Positions 61,141 to 64,000 of a stretch of DNA of 64,000 bases are shown one piece after another. Position numbers and translations under genes: made by a program. The DNA comes from the human T2T-CHM13v2.0 reference genome, Homo sapiens, in NCBI RefSeq assembly GCF_009914755.1, contig NC_060944.1. One strand, written 5' to 3'. Below the pieces are notes generated by a model, which worked only from the letters and a program-made list of their open reading frames with translations, was not told the DNA's origin and searched no databases. Positions within the stretch are counted from its first letter, which is position 1, and each line of letters starts with the position of its first letter.

Positions 61141-62399
61141 ACTCACTATTATTCAGACCTCACTTTCCAGAAATTCTGATAAATACAAGTTTACTGTATT
61201 TTGAAAAAAAGAAAAAGTTGGTAAACTTGCCTTTCTTCACAGTTTCTGTAAATTCCATGACTTAAAAATAAAGCTCATATTGAGGGAAGAAAATTAATAG
61301 ATTTGAATTAGCTAAATTATATACATATGTCTTTTGCCACATGTACTGAGAATCGCTAAACACATTTTTCATATTCAGGCCTTGTTATCAAGCTGTAAAA
61401 TTCTAAGCTAACAAAAACCATCCTTCATAAAACAATTCTAGGACCAGGAAGGATAAGTCAAACTGGGATTTGCAGATTGTGAGTAAGTACTTAAGTGAAT
61501 TGGACTAGAGAAAATACCAGGAAGCTAGCAGCTGGGGTAATGTCAGAGGTAGAATCCACATGTGCAGCTAAAAGTAGGAACCTATGTCGGCACCCAAGGT
61601 GAGAGACAGTTGGAGGCTGGATGCCTTATTTATAGGGACTTTGAATACACTTCCTGCTGGGCAGCAGTGAAGCCCATGGTGTGGACAGCTGACAGAGAAG
61701 AAAAGCAGGTAGATAGGCTCACCTAGATGAAGGCAGGTTTGAAGAGATGGAGGCCCTACACAGCAGTCCTGAGAAGAATTTTTTTTACTAATTCAGGATT
61801 AGCAAATTGTTTTCCTGGTGGTTTTTGGTTTTGAATTACTATGTTGCAAAGTTGGTAATCTTAGTGAGAATACAAGAAAACATAAGGTTATTCACATTCA
61901 GGTTTATTTTGTTTTGTATCCACTGTGATGATTAAAATTGGGATTAAATATTCAAGTGTACAAATACAATTAAAATTGTAACCTGTGCCCAATAAGAGTG
62001 GTAAAAGTGTAACTCAGTCAAAAGAAAAGAAGCTCTAAGCTTTGGTGCTGTGTATCACCTATGAATTAAAAGATATTTTTCAGATGATTGGCTGATTGGC
62101 GACTCTGGAACTGGGAACAAGTTAACGCTGAGAACACCAAGTACAGTGCATCATGTAAGGGGAGGGAGACGCTTAGGATTACATGGTTAGCTAAGACCAT
62201 ATGCATTGAGGTTTCAAGTCTACAAGCATGATACTTTTCTTTCAGAGTTTGTTGATACTGTGTAGGGGTGTCAATCATTGGTACATTCATACCAGATTGC
62301 ATGGTTTTACAAGATGAGGAATTATACAGCAAATGAGGTAAACGTATACATTGTGGATTCCTTTATAATACTGTTCTATCAGGAAAGTAATTGGGCAAA

Positions 62400-62535
62400 G
62401 AAGAATGGTTAGCAATTGAGGTTCTAGAGTCAGAACTGGGCTCAGATCCTGATGTTTTCATTTCCTAGCTTTGTGACCTTGGACAAGTTATTTCACCTTT
62501 GTAAGCCTTTGTCATCTTTAAAATAGAGATAATAA
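62400..62535 (+). mobile_element. MIR
   Basis: ctagctttgtgaccttggacaagttatttcacc. Confidence 0.8.
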
Positions 62536-62537
62536 CT

Positions 62538-63352
62538 ATATTCAAAGCCTCTGAAAATCAAAAGTTTTTTTTTTAACTCATTTGGCAGCAAAACTTGATG
62601 TGGAATAATGACAATTTATTTGTTGTCTTTATCTCATTTAATGTGCATCTTTATACATTTTGTGGCAGAAATATTGATATATTTGATTAATGTATGCTAC
62701 TCCAGAATCTACTCAGGGAAAATGCTAGATAGCTTTCATTTATACCTCCAGATTCACTGTCCACCTTTCTCCATCTAGCTATGTGTCCAGGAGTCTGATA
62801 GTATAGATTGTAAGTATGCAGTCTGTGTTTACAGGCTCTCTGCTATCTGCTTTCCCATTAGCTCTGGCCGATGGAAGTCACTGGCGAGATATTGGAGTGA
62901 GGCAGCAGAGTGAGAGAGGTATTTAATTCACCTAGTTCTCTTCATGAGTGGTCACCGTAGTGTGTCTCTAGACTGAAGGTCTCAGCATGTGAAAGGTACC
63001 ACCCCTCACAAGGCCTCTTAGTCTTCAGCTTTCAGTAACAGCTCCCTTCCTTTACCCATTATGACCCAGAGGTGGTAATAGTCACTACAGTGCTAGCTTC
63101 AGGTTATCAAGCTATCCTTTGTGGTTTCTCTACACCTTAGCAAATAGTGCCTTTATTAAATTTTCCTCAATTTATCCTAAGTTGACCATGTACCTACTTA
63201 CTTCTCAGACCCTAAAAGATGCATAATACTGTTTAATTTATGAAATATTTACTAAATTACTGTCTGAATACATACACATGCAGAGGCACAAACATACACA
63301 CCTGAAACACATCTTGCTTCAAGGGTTTTGGATGAAGGATTGTAGATCTGTA
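62538..63352. mobile_element. Tigger-type DNA transposon fragment split by an LTR
   Basis: Tigger-like terminus ggttttggatgaaggattgtagatctgta; subfamily uncertain. Confidence 0.5.
62720..63223 (+). mobile_element. LTR33-like ERVL LTR
   Basis: cctccagattcactgtccacctttctcca...gaggtggtaatag...ctttattaaattttcctcaa. Confidence 0.7.
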
Positions 63353-63814
63353 TTCTAATTATATTAGCATAGGAATTTTACTGTATTTTATAAATTATTA
63401 CTGTTCAAAAAATTATATTAATGTTCAGTTAAACACAGAGCATTTAAATGGCCTACAGGTAACACCACCAACATCTCAGTTCTAAAAATATGAAAAATGT
63501 CATTGAGCTACCAATTTAAATAAATCTCCTAAAGTGAGTATAGTATATGGAGCGCAGTTTCACAATTATAAACTTGCCTTTGTTACTTAAGAGGAAAAAA
63601 GCAGCAGCAAGATTAGACCTTAATTCCACTTGATCACTTGTTCATCAACAAATGGTCTTCTCACAAATTCCAAGACGCCTTAAGAAGAGATGCCCAGCCG
63701 GTAGCATTAACATAACTTTATCTAAATTATTTCGCCTTCTCTCAGTGCTTCAACAGGAATAAATTCAGCTTCTGAATTTTTGCCAGTGTATGACAATGTA
63801 TTTTCTAGTTAGCT

Positions 63815-64000
63815 GTTGGGTGGTGGAAAGAATGTAGAATTTGGAGTCAAGGAAGCTAGTTTGGGTCTCAACATTGATACCGTTCTTGAGTCACTGTGAG
63901 CTTGATTTCTGTAGTCCCTGTCTCTAAAATTGGGGTAAAACCACATACCTGTCAGGATCATGAGGATTAAACAGAGTAAATATAAATTATCTAGTATGGA
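63815..64000 (+). mobile_element. MIR
   Basis: ggtggaaagaatgtagaatttggagtcaag...gaggattaaa. Confidence 0.7.

Noticed and set aside
62246-62337. 92-nt exon-like unit (ttttctttcag ... GAG|GTAAAC)
   Set aside because: Stops in all three frames, moderate donor, no independent support; most likely a pseudoexon.

Overview
Primate (human or great-ape-like; AluY present) genomic DNA, AT-rich and dominated by interspersed repeats: 18 Alus, many L1 fragments including one near-full-length L1MA and one 3'-truncated L1PB, L2/MIR, MaLR/ERV solo LTRs and hAT/Tigger DNA elements. I recognise no protein-coding gene, and the ORF-track hits are Alu/L1-derived or spurious. Most L1 and Alu copies are on the - strand, which suggests the interior of a large intron of a + strand gene (inference). 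The non-repeat islands hold the best biological candidates: an 18-nt microexon-like unit (7587-7604), a 21-nt microexon-like unit behind a 100-nt AG-free zone (40361-40381), a possible poison exon (2638-2698) and a cluster of short exons with a possible internal promoter (49.2-50.5 kb). The window also shows several template-switch/templated-repair scars: a perfect 42-bp hairpin next to a 20-bp palindrome in an L1PA, an inverted 470-bp copy of a neighbouring L1, a 76-bp templated insertion, and a poly(A)-only insertion with TSD. Subfamily names are from recalled consensus features, and boundaries of old elements are approximate. I found no evidence for a wholly new biological system.
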